A DNA stretch of 64,000 bases from Deltaproteobacteria bacterium (GCA_040218735.1 JAVJQW010000019.1:352001-416000); one strand, 5' to 3'; positions 17,406 through 30,510 are shown, numbered from the stretch's first letter. Program-made: numbers and translations. The notes: generated by a model from the letters alone, not told the origin.

Positions 17406-18910
17406 TGCACGCCGGCGGCCGGTTCCGTCTTCGACGCGGCGACCGCGTTGCTCGAGCGGAAGCGCGCGAGCGCGATACCTATGCGGTCCTGGATGCGCCA
17501 CATCGTGCGCGCGCGGCCCGCGTAGTCGTTCATCATCACGCTGAACACGAGGATGTCGTTCGTCGGCGTGGTGACGTAACCCGACAGCGCGCTGACGCCG
17601 GTGAGGGAGCCGGTCTTCGCGCGCAAGCGAAGTTGCGCGGGGGAGTTTTCGAAGCGCCCGTTGATCGTCCCGGAGCGTCCGGCGACCGCGAGCGACGACA
17701 CGAACTCGGGGCGCAGGTCGAAGCGCTCGTACATCGCTTCGAGCACCTGCCCGATCTGCTGCGGCGTCACGCGGTTGACGTCGTTGAGGCCGGAGCCGTT
17801 CGCGAGCACGAAGGTCTCGTCCTCGACGCCCAGCTCCACGAGGAAGTCGCGGATCGCCTGGTTGCCCTTGTTCCAGGTCCCCGGCGGCTCGGACAGCTCG
17901 GCGCCGACCGTTTTGAGGATCTGCTCCGCCATGAAGTTGTTCGAGTACTTGTTGAGCGTCGAGACGATCTCCGCGAGCGGGCGCGACCAGTGCGTGGCGA
18001 CCGGCAGCGTGCCGCGCGTCGGCATCACGCCGATCTTCACGCGCCCGCGGACGTCGATGCCGCGCATCTCCATCAGGTGGTGGATGAGCCAACCCGCGTA
18101 CGTGGTCGGGTTGTGCACGCGCTTCCGGACGACGAGGCCCTCGTAGTAGTTCGTCGGCAGGCTGCCGCGCACCGTGACGCGCACGCCGTCGCCGACGCGG
18201 GTGGTGCCGGTCCAGATGCGGGAGCGCGCGCCGCGGCCGCGCGTGTACGCGGAGACGACGGCCTCGAGCCCCGGGACGGGCGGCCACACTTCGGCCTTCA
18301 CCGGCGCGCCGATGCGATCGCCGGGCAGGATGCGGACCTCGAACGTGTTGAAGTTCGCGGACAGCGCGCCGATCGGCGCGGCGTAGGCGTGGTCGCCGAT
18401 CTCCTGGTCCCAGCCGGGGCCCTCGGAGACGTCGTCGAAGAACGTCGGGTCGATGATGACGTGTCCGGTGATCTTCTTGATACCGCGCAGCGCGATCTGG
18501 TTGACGAAGCCGAACAGCTCCTCGGTCGTGAGGGTCGGGTCGCCGTACCCCTTGATGTACAGGTTACCGTGCAGGACGCCGTTGTCGAGCGAGCGGTCGC
18601 GGCGCGCTTCGGTGCGGAAGCGGTACGTCGGCCCGAGGTACCACAGCGCGGTGGCCGTGGTGAGGATCTTCATGTTCGAGGCGGGGTTGAACAGCTTGCC
18701 GCCGTTGTGGTCGAACAGGACGCGGTCGTTCTTGATGGAGCGGATGTGCACGCCAGCGAACGCGTTCTCGAGCTCGGGGGCGCGGAGGATCTCTTCGAGC
18801 TCGGCGACGAGCCGCTTCTCGCTGGGATCGTCGGCCCAGGCCGTACCCGGCGCACCGGCGCTTGCGCCCCAGACGACCGTAGACAGCGCGATGATCGGAA
18901 CCCAGCGCAT
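17402..18910 (-). CDS. dacB: D-Ala-D-Ala carboxypeptidase/endopeptidase PBP4 (peptidase S13)
   Basis: PASNMK (SxxK), GYGDPTL, SNN (SxN), NGSGL and AKTGSL (KTG) motifs; signal peptide from the ATG at 18910. Confidence 0.95.
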   Translation of the reverse strand: MRWVPIIALSTVVWGASAGAPGTAWADDPSEKRLVAELEEILRAPELENAFAGVHIRSIKNDRVLFDHNGGKLFNPASNMKILTTATALWYLGPTYRFRTEARRDRSLDNGVLHGNLYIKGYGDPTLTTEELFGFVNQIALRGIKKITGHVIIDPTFFDDVSEGPGWDQEIGDHAYAAPIGALSANFNTFEVRILPGDRIGAPVKAEVWPPVPGLEAVVSAYTRGRGARSRIWTGTTRVGDGVRVTVRGSLPTNYYEGLVVRKRVHNPTTYAGWLIHHLMEMRGIDVRGRVKIGVMPTRGTLPVATHWSRPLAEIVSTLNKYSNNFMAEQILKTVGAELSEPPGTWNKGNQAIRDFLVELGVEDETFVLANGSGLNDVNRVTPQQIGQVLEAMYERFDLRPEFVSSLAVAGRSGTINGRFENSPAQLRLRAKTGSLTGVSALSGYVTTPTNDILVFSVMMNDYAGRARTMWRIQDRIGIALARFRSSNAVAASKTEPAAGVQ

Positions 18911-19021
18911 GACGCGACCCGACGAGGATAACATCCACGCCGACCAAAACGACAGCAACGGACCGCGAAGAAACCATCTTCGTTCGGCCGCGCGCGAACG
19001 TTCCGTGTACGAGGAGCATCC

Positions 19022-20218
19022 ATGACACCCAGCGACCTCTCCACCCGCGTCGGCCAGCTCCTCGTGGGCGGCTTCGACGGCCTCACCGTCGACGACGACT
19101 TCGCCGACCTCGTCCGCACCGGTCGCGTCGGTGGCGCGATCCTCTTCGCGCGAAACCTCGGCAAGGTCGCCCGCGACGACGGCACCGAGGCGTGGGACCC
19201 CGAGCAGACCGCGTCGCTCCTCGCGTCGCTCGCGTCGCTCCCCGCGCCGGCGCCGCTGCTGTTCTCCATCGACCAGGAGGGCGGTCGCGTGCAGCGGCTG
19301 CGTGATCCGTTCCCCGAGCTCCCCCCGATGCGGAAGGTCGGGGAGGCCAACCGCAAGACGCTGGCCCTCGGGGCGGGTGCGTTGCTCGCGGAGATGTTGT
19401 CGGCGGTCGGATTCCACCAGGACTACGCGCCGGTCCTCGACGTCGACAGCAACCCGGACAACCCGATCATCGGGGATCGCGCGTTCTCGAGCGACCCCAA
19501 CCAGGTCGCGCGCCTCGCTTCGGCGTTCATCGAGGGCCTGCAGTCGGGCGGTGTCGCGGCGTGCGGCAAACACTTCCCGGGCCATGGTGATACCAACGTC
19601 GACAGTCACCTCGCGCTTCCCCGACTCGATCACGATCACGAACGTCTGCACGCGATCGAGCTCGTGCCGTTCGTCGCGGCGGCGCGGGTGGACGTGGCGG
19701 CGATCATGACCGCGCACATCCTGTTCCCGGCGCTCGACCCGGACCACCCGGCGACGCTCTCGGAGCGTGTGCTCGTCCCCTTGCTGAGAGAACGGATCGG
19801 CTACCGCGGCATTATCGTAAGTGACGATCTCGAGATGAAGGCCATCGCGGATCACTACGGCGTGGAGGACGCCGCGGTGCGTGCCGTGCGGGCGGGGTGC
19901 GACCAGCTCCTGATCTGCTCCAAGCCCGACTGGATCGCGCGCGCGCACGAGGCGCTGGTGAAGGCCGTCGAGGGGGGCGCGCTCTCCGCGGACCGCGTCG
20001 AGGAGGCGGCGGGGCGCGTGGAGGCCTTCAAGGCGCGCTGGGTCGCGGGCCGCCCGAGGCCGGATCCGTCGCGCGTGGCGTCTGCGTTTCCGACGCACAA
20101 GATCGAAGCGCTCCTCGTGGACCTCGCCCACCCGCCGGCGCCGCTCGCCGACGGGGAGGAGCTGGTCGAGTACGAGTTCGAGGGGGATCCGGACGTCTCG
20201 TTGGAATTGGAGACCTGA
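19022..20218 (+). CDS. nagZ: Beta-N-acetylhexosaminidase (GH3)
   Basis: SIDQEGGRVQR, KHFPGHGDTNVDSH (NagZ signature) and SDDLEM. Confidence 0.93.
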   Translation: MTPSDLSTRVGQLLVGGFDGLTVDDDFADLVRTGRVGGAILFARNLGKVARDDGTEAWDPEQTASLLASLASLPAPAPLLFSIDQEGGRVQRLRDPFPELPPMRKVGEANRKTLALGAGALLAEMLSAVGFHQDYAPVLDVDSNPDNPIIGDRAFSSDPNQVARLASAFIEGLQSGGVAACGKHFPGHGDTNVDSHLALPRLDHDHERLHAIELVPFVAAARVDVAAIMTAHILFPALDPDHPATLSERVLVPLLRERIGYRGIIVSDDLEMKAIADHYGVEDAAVRAVRAGCDQLLICSKPDWIARAHEALVKAVEGGALSADRVEEAAGRVEAFKARWVAGRPRPDPSRVASAFPTHKIEALLVDLAHPPAPLADGEELVEYEFEGDPDVSLELET

Positions 20219-20266
20219 TGGGCCGATCGTCGTTGACCGGGCGGGGGGAGTTCCTAGTCTGAGATC

Positions 20267-20611
20267 ATGTCGATCGTCGTCGGACTCCTCCTCAAGGCCT
20301 TCTTCATCCTGGTCATCGCCAAGGCGATCCCGGGGGTCCGCATCCAGGGGTTCGGCTCGGCGCTCGGTGTTGCGGTCGTGTACGCAGTCTTGAGCTACCT
20401 GCTCAAGGGCTTGCTCGTGACGCTCTCGCTCCCCTTCATCATCGTGACGTTCGGTCTGTTCATGCTGGTGGTGAACGGGTTCCTGCTGTGGATCACCGAC
20501 AAGCTCCTCGCGAGCTTCGAGATCAAGAACCTCCCGGCGCACATCCTCGCGACCGTCGGCATCACGGTCAGCACCATGGGTGTCGACCACATCGTCGCCC
20601 GCCTGTTCTAG
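20267..20611 (+). CDS. Four-TM membrane protein (YvlD/DUF360 'phage holin 4_2' family)
   Basis: 114 aa, hydrophobic; LSLPFIIVTFGLFMLVVNGFLLW motif. Confidence 0.8.
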   Translation: MSIVVGLLLKAFFILVIAKAIPGVRIQGFGSALGVAVVYAVLSYLLKGLLVTLSLPFIIVTFGLFMLVVNGFLLWITDKLLASFEIKNLPAHILATVGITVSTMGVDHIVARLF

Positions 20612-20760
20612 GCCGAAGCCCGCCGCGAATGCGGCGGATCTGAGGACTGTGCCAAGGTCACTCGCGAAGCGAGGGACCGTTATGGCCTGGTTGGCTGAGG
20701 CCCCCTGCTGATCGCCCGGGCGTTGTGGTGTCGGCCCCGCAGGGTTGGTAGCTTCCCCAC

Positions 20761-21795
20761 GTGGCGTGGCGGGGAGGGTGGTTCGTCGTCCTGACGATCG
20801 CGGCGTGTAAGACGACGCCAGCGCCTCCACCGCCTCCTCCACCGCCGCCGCCTCCGCCGCCCGCGGTGAACCACTGCGCGCCGACCGTCGCGTCGTGCCT
20901 CGACGCCGCGGAGCGGATGGCCGACGACGCGCTCGCCGAAGGTCTGACCCACGCGCGGATCTGTGCGGCGTGCCCGGGTGCGCCGCCGACGGCGTATCGG
21001 CTCCTCGCTTCGCTCGAGAGTGACAGCGGTGACGACGCCGCGGCGCTCGCGACGCTCCGCTCGGGCGCCGAGCGGTTCGAGCACAACGGCACCCTGTGGC
21101 TCGCGCTCGCGCGCGCGGAGATGGAGGCGAAGCACGCGCGCCGCGGCATCCGTGCGTACGCGAAGGCGCAGCAGCTCGCGCCGAACGACGACAACGTCGC
21201 GCGCGAGTACGAGTACGCGCTCACGCAGCACGGCACCGAGTCCGAGAAGATCGAAGCGAAGGTCGCGCCGCTGCTCCTCGAAGCCGTCGGGCGCTACGAG
21301 CTCGACGACGTGAAGGGCGCCGCCGCCACCCTCGCGGTCGCGCTGAAGACCGCGAAGGGGGCACCCAAGCTGGAGGCGAAGGTGCACCACCGGCTCGCGC
21401 TGCTCGCGATGTCGCAGGGCGATTCGAAGGGCGCGCACAAACACTTCGCGTCGGCGCTCGCGTTGGTCCCCGACGCGAGGCCCCCGCGCGCGGACCTGTT
21501 GCTCGGGTACGCGGAGCTGTTGGTGCTCGACGGGCGCATCGAGGACGCGATCAAGGCCGCGAAGGAGTCCGTGAAGATCGATCCCGCGCAGCCGCTCGCG
21601 CACACCAACCTCGCGGTGGCCTACGCGGAGCTCGGCAAGATCGACGAGGCGCTCACGTCGTTGAAGCGTGCGTCCGAGTCCGGGCTGTCTCGGCGCCTGT
21701 CGCGCGACGCGCTCCTGCAGATCGGCGGGCTGTCGAAGCTCGCCGAGGATCCGCGCTTCACGAAGTGGCTGGATCGGACGTGGCCGAAGCCGTGA
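20761..21795 (+). CDS. TPR-repeat lipoprotein
   Basis: LTIAAC lipobox, poly-Pro linker and TPR-like helices (AHTNLAVAYAELGKIDEALTSL). Confidence 0.75.
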   Translation: MAWRGGWFVVLTIAACKTTPAPPPPPPPPPPPPPAVNHCAPTVASCLDAAERMADDALAEGLTHARICAACPGAPPTAYRLLASLESDSGDDAAALATLRSGAERFEHNGTLWLALARAEMEAKHARRGIRAYAKAQQLAPNDDNVAREYEYALTQHGTESEKIEAKVAPLLLEAVGRYELDDVKGAAATLAVALKTAKGAPKLEAKVHHRLALLAMSQGDSKGAHKHFASALALVPDARPPRADLLLGYAELLVLDGRIEDAIKAAKESVKIDPAQPLAHTNLAVAYAELGKIDEALTSLKRASESGLSRRLSRDALLQIGGLSKLAEDPRFTKWLDRTWPKP

Positions 21796-22642
21796 GCACG
21801 AAACACGCCGGGTAGACGCTGCGCTCCGGCGTCAGGTACCGGCGCTGCAGCTCGCTCGGGTCCGCGAGGTCGTCGACGACGAAGCCCTGGCGCTCCAGGA
21901 ACGACGGCGCGTCCTCGGGGTGGATGCCGAACGTGATCGGCTCGCCGAGGAGGTGCAGCAGGCTCGCCGATGCGCGGCGGAGGGTGGAGAGCCAGTCCGT
22001 CGAGTCGAGCAGGAACCAGAAGTCCATCGCGACCTGCGAGCCCGGGCCGCCGAGCGCGCGGAGGGTGTCGAGCGTCGATTTCACGGCGTCTCGGGTGAGG
22101 TACATCGAGACCCCCTCCCAGACGAAGAACGTTCGGCGCCCGAGCGCGAAGCCGACGCCGGTGAGGACGTCCTCGATGCGCTCGCGCAGAAAGTCGATCT
22201 CCACCGCCGTCACCGCGACGCTCGGCAGCTCGTCGCGGTGCGCTTGGACGATCTCCTGCTTGCGACGGCTCGTCGCGAAGAAGTCGAGCTCGTACACCGG
22301 CCGTTCGCCGAGCTGATCGGCGAACCGATACGCGCGGGTGTCGTAGCCGGCGCCCAGGAGGACGACCTGCTCGGCGCCCGCGGCGAGCGCCTTCGTGAGG
22401 GCGTCGTCGATGAAGCGGTGGCGCGCGACGATGTACGTCGACAGCCCGGTCGGCGTCTTGTCCTCCGCGAGGCGTCCGAGGCGCCCCGTCGCCTCGAGCG
22501 TCGCGAGCGCCGTGCGGGTGAGCGGCCCGAGGAACCACTTCGCGAAGGGATCGTCGAGCGCGCGCTCGGGTTCGGGGCGCCGCCGCTCGGCGGCGCGATA
22601 CAGACACACCATCTCCGCCGTGCGGCTCGGCTCGTCCTTCAC
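21758..22642 (-). CDS. SAM-dependent methyltransferase (LCM family)
   Basis: SRTA...DDPFA, ARHRFID, QVVLLGAGYDTRAYR and WEGVSMYL motifs. Confidence 0.9.
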   Translation of the reverse strand: MKDEPSRTAEMVCLYRAAERRRPEPERALDDPFAKWFLGPLTRTALATLEATGRLGRLAEDKTPTGLSTYIVARHRFIDDALTKALAAGAEQVVLLGAGYDTRAYRFADQLGERPVYELDFFATSRRKQEIVQAHRDELPSVAVTAVEIDFLRERIEDVLTGVGFALGRRTFFVWEGVSMYLTRDAVKSTLDTLRALGGPGSQVAMDFWFLLDSTDWLSTLRRASASLLHLLGEPITFGIHPEDAPSFLERQGFVVDDLADPSELQRRYLTPERSVYPACFVLTASATSDPATS

Positions 22643-22714
22643 GTTGGCAGATATCCTAGCTCAGCTTCGGGTGCGTCTCGACACCTGGCCCGGCGCGGGG
22701 GCCAGGGGTCACGA

Positions 22715-23890
22715 CTAGGCGTGAAGCTCTTCCAGGTCCCTGAAGAGCGACTCCAGCTTCGGCGACGCTCTGCGCTCCTGCCCCACGAATTTCTCAACTT
22801 CAAGCTCTTCGAGCGCGGCGTCGATGATCTCCAGCAGACGCGGCTCACGCGGGTGCGCGGCGAACGCGAGGCTCCGTGTCGGCTTCTGAGGAGCGACGCT
22901 CTTGACCAGATCCACGCGAACCAGTTCGGAGTACTCGGCCTTCAGGTGAAGCGCCTCGATGTCGTCGGTGATGACGACGACCGGTGTCGTACGTGACGCC
23001 GCGCGGAGCTCTCGGATCGGATCGTCGCACTCCTGGACCTCGACCTCCGCGGGCACGGCCGAGGCGACCAACGATCGCACGATAGAACCGCGAGCGATCA
23101 TGACCTGCGTGCCTTCGAGGTCCGTCAGAGTCTTCGAGCGGTGGATCGCGGCGGCCGTCGCTTCCGGGAAGTGATTGCGGTTGCACACTGCGCTCGCCCC
23201 GACCCGCAGCGCTGGGCACTGGATGGGTTTGGAGAAGGACACATGAAACAAGCGACTCGGGTTGCGCAGGACCGTCGCCGCGACGTCAATCGTGCCGTCA
23301 TGAATGGCCGAGATGAAGTCCAATCCGTCCTTCTGCTCCTCGGATATGTCGACGAACTCGACCTCGACCTCCATGATGTCTCGCACCCGCTCCGTCAGCT
23401 TTTGTAGAAGCGCCGTGAAGGCGGGCGCTGAGCTGAAGGGTTGTGCAACCACGAGACGATGCTTCCCTTGGTAGACACGGTCGAGGACGACGTTCTTCGG
23501 GCGTCCGCGGATCGCAGAGAATCCAGCGGATTCGAGGAACTCATTGAGCAGCTCGTCGAGGTCGTCTAGGCCGTAGAGGTAGAGTGCGTCTCGATCCCAC
23601 TCGTCACCACGGCCACGTCGGTTGGGGTTGCAGCGAAACTCGACGCGTTCGCCCTCCCTCCGTTCGATCCGGTCGACGTGTCGGGCGATCGCATGGACGA
23701 CGCGGTTGATCTCACGCCTTGATATCGGCACCCGTGGTTTGTTCGGAGACTTCCAGGCTTGTCTCAGCCAGGCTCCTCCCGCACCAAGTTCGACTAGAAA
23801 TGCCTCCCTATCCAGATCCACAGAGTGCACGTAGGTATCGATGAGATCGATGAAACGGGGGGATGCGAGATGTCGGTTGGACTTGGTCAT
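22715..23890 (-). CDS. Hypothetical protein with C-terminal type-2 periplasmic-binding-fold (SBP_bac_3-like) domain and no signal peptide
   Basis: ATG at 23890 overlaps the HNH gene stop (ATGA). VEVEFVDI...AIHDGTIDVAATVLRNPSRLFHVSFSKP...TLTDLEG...LAFAAHPREPRLLEIIDAALEEL resembles family-3 solute-binding proteins. The N-terminal ~140 aa is unrecognised. Confidence 0.65.
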   Translation of the reverse strand: MTKSNRHLASPRFIDLIDTYVHSVDLDREAFLVELGAGGAWLRQAWKSPNKPRVPISRREINRVVHAIARHVDRIERREGERVEFRCNPNRRGRGDEWDRDALYLYGLDDLDELLNEFLESAGFSAIRGRPKNVVLDRVYQGKHRLVVAQPFSSAPAFTALLQKLTERVRDIMEVEVEFVDISEEQKDGLDFISAIHDGTIDVAATVLRNPSRLFHVSFSKPIQCPALRVGASAVCNRNHFPEATAAAIHRSKTLTDLEGTQVMIARGSIVRSLVASAVPAEVEVQECDDPIRELRAASRTTPVVVITDDIEALHLKAEYSELVRVDLVKSVAPQKPTRSLAFAAHPREPRLLEIIDAALEELEVEKFVGQERRASPKLESLFRDLEELHA

Positions 23891-24504
23891 CGACGTCCTC
23901 CTGAAGAGTTGGAGTCCAGCGTACCCGGTGCGCGCGCGCCCTTCGATAGGTTGTCTGCCCGGGACCGTACTGACGCGTTCCCGTAGCTGTTGGCGCCTCC
24001 TTTCGAACGGGGGACGATGTGATCGACGTGGGCCTCGTTCTTGGGTGGTGTCACGCCCTTGGTATGCTGTTGTGCTTTTCGAAGGGGCGCTCCCGTGGCG
24101 TCGTCCCGCATGCGATGGCCGTTGAGCTGGAGGTTCCGCTGTCGGATGCGTTGCTTTTGACCGTGCGCGAACTCTCGGCCACGCCCCACCTTCGAGCGGC
24201 TCACGATGTCGCCGTAGGGCTTCTTCGTGGCGGGTAGCCCGTAGGTCGTCACGTGAGGACGAGCGTCGGCCTTCGCTTGCGCCGACGTCGTCGAAACCGA
24301 ACCCTTCGACCCGCGACGCACGACGAGGCGCTGCGTGCCGTGTGCCCGAAGCACCGTCCGTGTCGTCTTGGTGGCCTTCGCACCGCGCGTTACGCGCGCG
24401 CCTTTCAGCAGCCGGAATGGGTTGAAGGCGTACGCCTCCGAACTCAAGCCGACGCCGGCCCCGACGAGAAATACACACAATAGGTTGCGCAAGAACATCA
24501 ACAT
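23887..24504 (-). CDS. Secreted HNH nuclease (polymorphic-toxin-type tip with Sec signal peptide)
   Basis: Signal MFLRNLLCVFLVGAGVGLSSEAYA; C-terminal GREFAHGQKQRIRQRN...GVTPPKNEAHVDHIVPRSKGGANSYGNASVRSRADNLSK (DH...N...N). Confidence 0.8.
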   Translation of the reverse strand: MLMFLRNLLCVFLVGAGVGLSSEAYAFNPFRLLKGARVTRGAKATKTTRTVLRAHGTQRLVVRRGSKGSVSTTSAQAKADARPHVTTYGLPATKKPYGDIVSRSKVGRGREFAHGQKQRIRQRNLQLNGHRMRDDATGAPLRKAQQHTKGVTPPKNEAHVDHIVPRSKGGANSYGNASVRSRADNLSKGARAPGTLDSNSSGGRR

Positions 24505-24519
24505 TCCTTTCTCCGTGGG

Positions 24520-25677
24520 TTACCGACGGCGAAGGACGGGCCGCACTTTCGAGAGCGGGCGGACCCGCTTGAGTGCGCGGGCTGCGATGGGTAGGCCTCG
24601 TCCGGCCCGGACACCCTTCAGGAACTTGGGTCCGGGAACGAACCAGCTCAGGAGGTCGCCCTGCATTGCCTCGCGCTTGTGTAAGAGCTGGTGCTCGAGC
24701 AGCTCGAAGTCGAGTCCGCGCGCACATTCGGCGGCGCGGTCGAGTGCGACGCGGGTATCGTAGTCGCGCTCGTCCAGTGATGAGGAGAGCGCTTCGTCGA
24801 CGCCCATCAGCAGGCCGCAACCCAGTTCGTTCAGGAATCCGAACGTCACGCCGTCGAAGAACGACCAAGTCGTGGTTCGCTGCGCGGCTTCGTCCGTGAA
24901 GTTCTTGTGGTTGAACGGGAAGAAGGCCGGCACAAGCTCGCCGTCGAAGACCTCGCCGCTCCGGCGAACGGAGATCGGGAGCGGGGTCGTTCGCGAGAGG
25001 GGGATCTCGTCCAGTGCGGTCACCAGTGTTGAAGAACGCCCGATGGGTATGCCGTCGAACTCGACGATGTAGTCACCGACCTGGAGCCCGAGCTCCTCGC
25101 CGGGCATGCCTGGATGGATGCGTGTGATTTGCAACCCCTGGGCGACGTCTCGGAGGCCGATGCCAATCTGGAACGGCGCTTCGCGCCCCTCCGATTCGAG
25201 CAAAAGGGCTTCGTAGGCCATACGCCCACGGAGGATGCGAGCGACCTCCGGTGCTTCGCTCACCGTGGCTCTTGACGGGCCGAGGAGCGTGAGACGATTC
25301 GATTTCCCGCTGAGTTTCCCTCGGTGAAAGCCGCGTGTGGTTTTGCAGCCGTCGTAGTTGCGCTCGAAGGCCTCACTCGGGTCGACGCACATCTGATGCG
25401 GGCCGCTCCAGACCAACCCCCCGGAGGTCCCTGAGATCCACTTGGCCAGCTCGCTCCGAGATTCCGCGAAGTAGAAGAATGCCTCGCCCTGCACATCCTC
25501 GAAGCGGGTACATGCTCCTGGCTCCATTGCGTACCATCCCCGCGTCCGGAACCCCCGGTCGTCGCGGTATGCGGTGGCGACGTAGCTCTGAACGGGCGCG
25601 GCGTTGCACAACTCGACCTCTGTGCCTTCGGCGGGTGCCGCAACTAGTAAGAATAGATGGGAAAGGGCTTTGGCCAT
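24520..25677 (-). CDS. Exported DUF1036 + PDZ domain protein
   Basis: Signal-like N-terminus; VELCN...YVATAY...TRGWYAMEPGAC...FFYFAES (DUF1036-like); IGIGLRDVAQGLQITRIHPGMPGEELGLQVGDYIVEFDG (PDZ). GGAG RBS upstream. Confidence 0.7.
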   Translation of the reverse strand: MAKALSHLFLLVAAPAEGTEVELCNAAPVQSYVATAYRDDRGFRTRGWYAMEPGACTRFEDVQGEAFFYFAESRSELAKWISGTSGGLVWSGPHQMCVDPSEAFERNYDGCKTTRGFHRGKLSGKSNRLTLLGPSRATVSEAPEVARILRGRMAYEALLLESEGREAPFQIGIGLRDVAQGLQITRIHPGMPGEELGLQVGDYIVEFDGIPIGRSSTLVTALDEIPLSRTTPLPISVRRSGEVFDGELVPAFFPFNHKNFTDEAAQRTTTWSFFDGVTFGFLNELGCGLLMGVDEALSSSLDERDYDTRVALDRAAECARGLDFELLEHQLLHKREAMQGDLLSWFVPGPKFLKGVRAGRGLPIAARALKRVRPLSKVRPVLRRR

Positions 25678-25892
25678 GAAGGACTCCAGGTCGTAGCACT
25701 GAGTCGCCTGGATTGAGCTCCAGCGCGCTTGCTACGTTTCCTCCACTCTAGCGGGCCTCATACGGCCAGCCAGTGGCTCCGGATTCCTTGCGGTCGTTTC
25801 TCGTTTTTACTGGAAAGTCCGAACTCAGCCGGCTTTCCTACGGGCCCGGGTGGGATCGCTAACTCGACAATCGCGGCGCGAAGCGGCCAAGA

Positions 25893-29564
<3,672 letters not shown>

Positions 29565-29709
29565 GAGAGGCCCATCGTAGGGTTGGGTTCGCTGTGAACG
29601 CCAGTCCTCGGCCGCCGGGTGCGCGCGGCCAACCGATGGGGGAATGTGCGGGCATGTCGGATTCGCCAGCGGACGTAAGGAACCGACGCCCGCGGCAACC
29701 CACCCTCCG

Positions 29710-30510
29710 ATGCAGCTCATGCGCTCGGTCGCCCTGGCGATCGCCTCGTTGGCGTTCGCGGGGCCCTCGTACGCCCAGGACGAACCGAAGGAGGGGGATC
29801 CGCCCTTCGCGCGGGTCGCCGACGACGAAGAGACGATCTACGCCGTCCAGCGCAAGGCGTTCTCGGTGGAGGACAAGCTCGAGCTGACGCCGTTCGTCGC
29901 CGCGACGTTCGCGGACCGCTTCGTCCAGAGCTTCGCGATCGCCGGGAGCCTCGGCTACCACCTCCGCGAGACGTTCGCGGTCGAAGTGTTCGGCAGCTAC
30001 ATGTTCCCGACCGAGTCCGGCCTCACGCGAGAGATCCTCGACCGCGGGATGTTGCTCCCCGAGACCGCGAAGCTGACCCAGCTCCTGTGGGCGGCGGGCG
30101 CGGGCGTCAAGTTCAGCCCGCTGTACGGGAAGGTCCAAGTGATGGGCGCCGTGCTCGGCAACCTCGCCTTCTACGTCGGCGCGGGGTTCGCGATCGGCGA
30201 GTCACGGGTGCGGTGCACGTCGGGGCAGCGGCTCGACCCGGCGAAGTTCGGCGATCGCGTGTGCCCGATGCAGCCGAGCGTCGACGAGGAGGCGTACGAG
30301 CCGGCGACGCTCCGACCGCTCGGCGCGATCTCGGGCGGCGTGCGCTTCGACCTGTCGGAGTGGCTCGCGATCGAGTTCGAGGTGAAGGACTACATCTACG
30401 TGGCGCGTGTCTTTCGGCCGGAGGTCGACGCGCCGACGCAGCGCTACACGGACGCGGTGCGCAACGATCTGTTCGCGCAGCTCGGCGTGGGGATCTTGAT
30501 GGGCCCGTAA
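29710..30510 (+). CDS. Myxobacterial-type outer-membrane beta-barrel (GltA/B/H-like family)
   Basis: Signal peptide (SYA-QD); IYAVQRKAF...LELTP, FADRF, LGYHL.ETFAVE and FSPLYGK motifs; alternating beta strands. Confidence 0.75.
   Translation: MQLMRSVALAIASLAFAGPSYAQDEPKEGDPPFARVADDEETIYAVQRKAFSVEDKLELTPFVAATFADRFVQSFAIAGSLGYHLRETFAVEVFGSYMFPTESGLTREILDRGMLLPETAKLTQLLWAAGAGVKFSPLYGKVQVMGAVLGNLAFYVGAGFAIGESRVRCTSGQRLDPAKFGDRVCPMQPSVDEEAYEPATLRPLGAISGGVRFDLSEWLAIEFEVKDYIYVARVFRPEVDAPTQRYTDAVRNDLFAQLGVGILMGP

Noticed and set aside
20267-20611. Prophage holin
   Set aside because: This family is common in chromosomes, and no endolysin or other phage genes are nearby.
18911-20842. N-terminal extension of the 1146-aa dacB ORF
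   Set aside because: It is the antisense shadow of nagZ and the membrane-protein gene. The dacB signal peptide starts at 18910.
22643-25890. Integrative mobile element around the HNH cassette
   Set aside because: No integrase or transposase, and no flanking direct or inverted repeats were found by eye. Only composition suggests acquisition.
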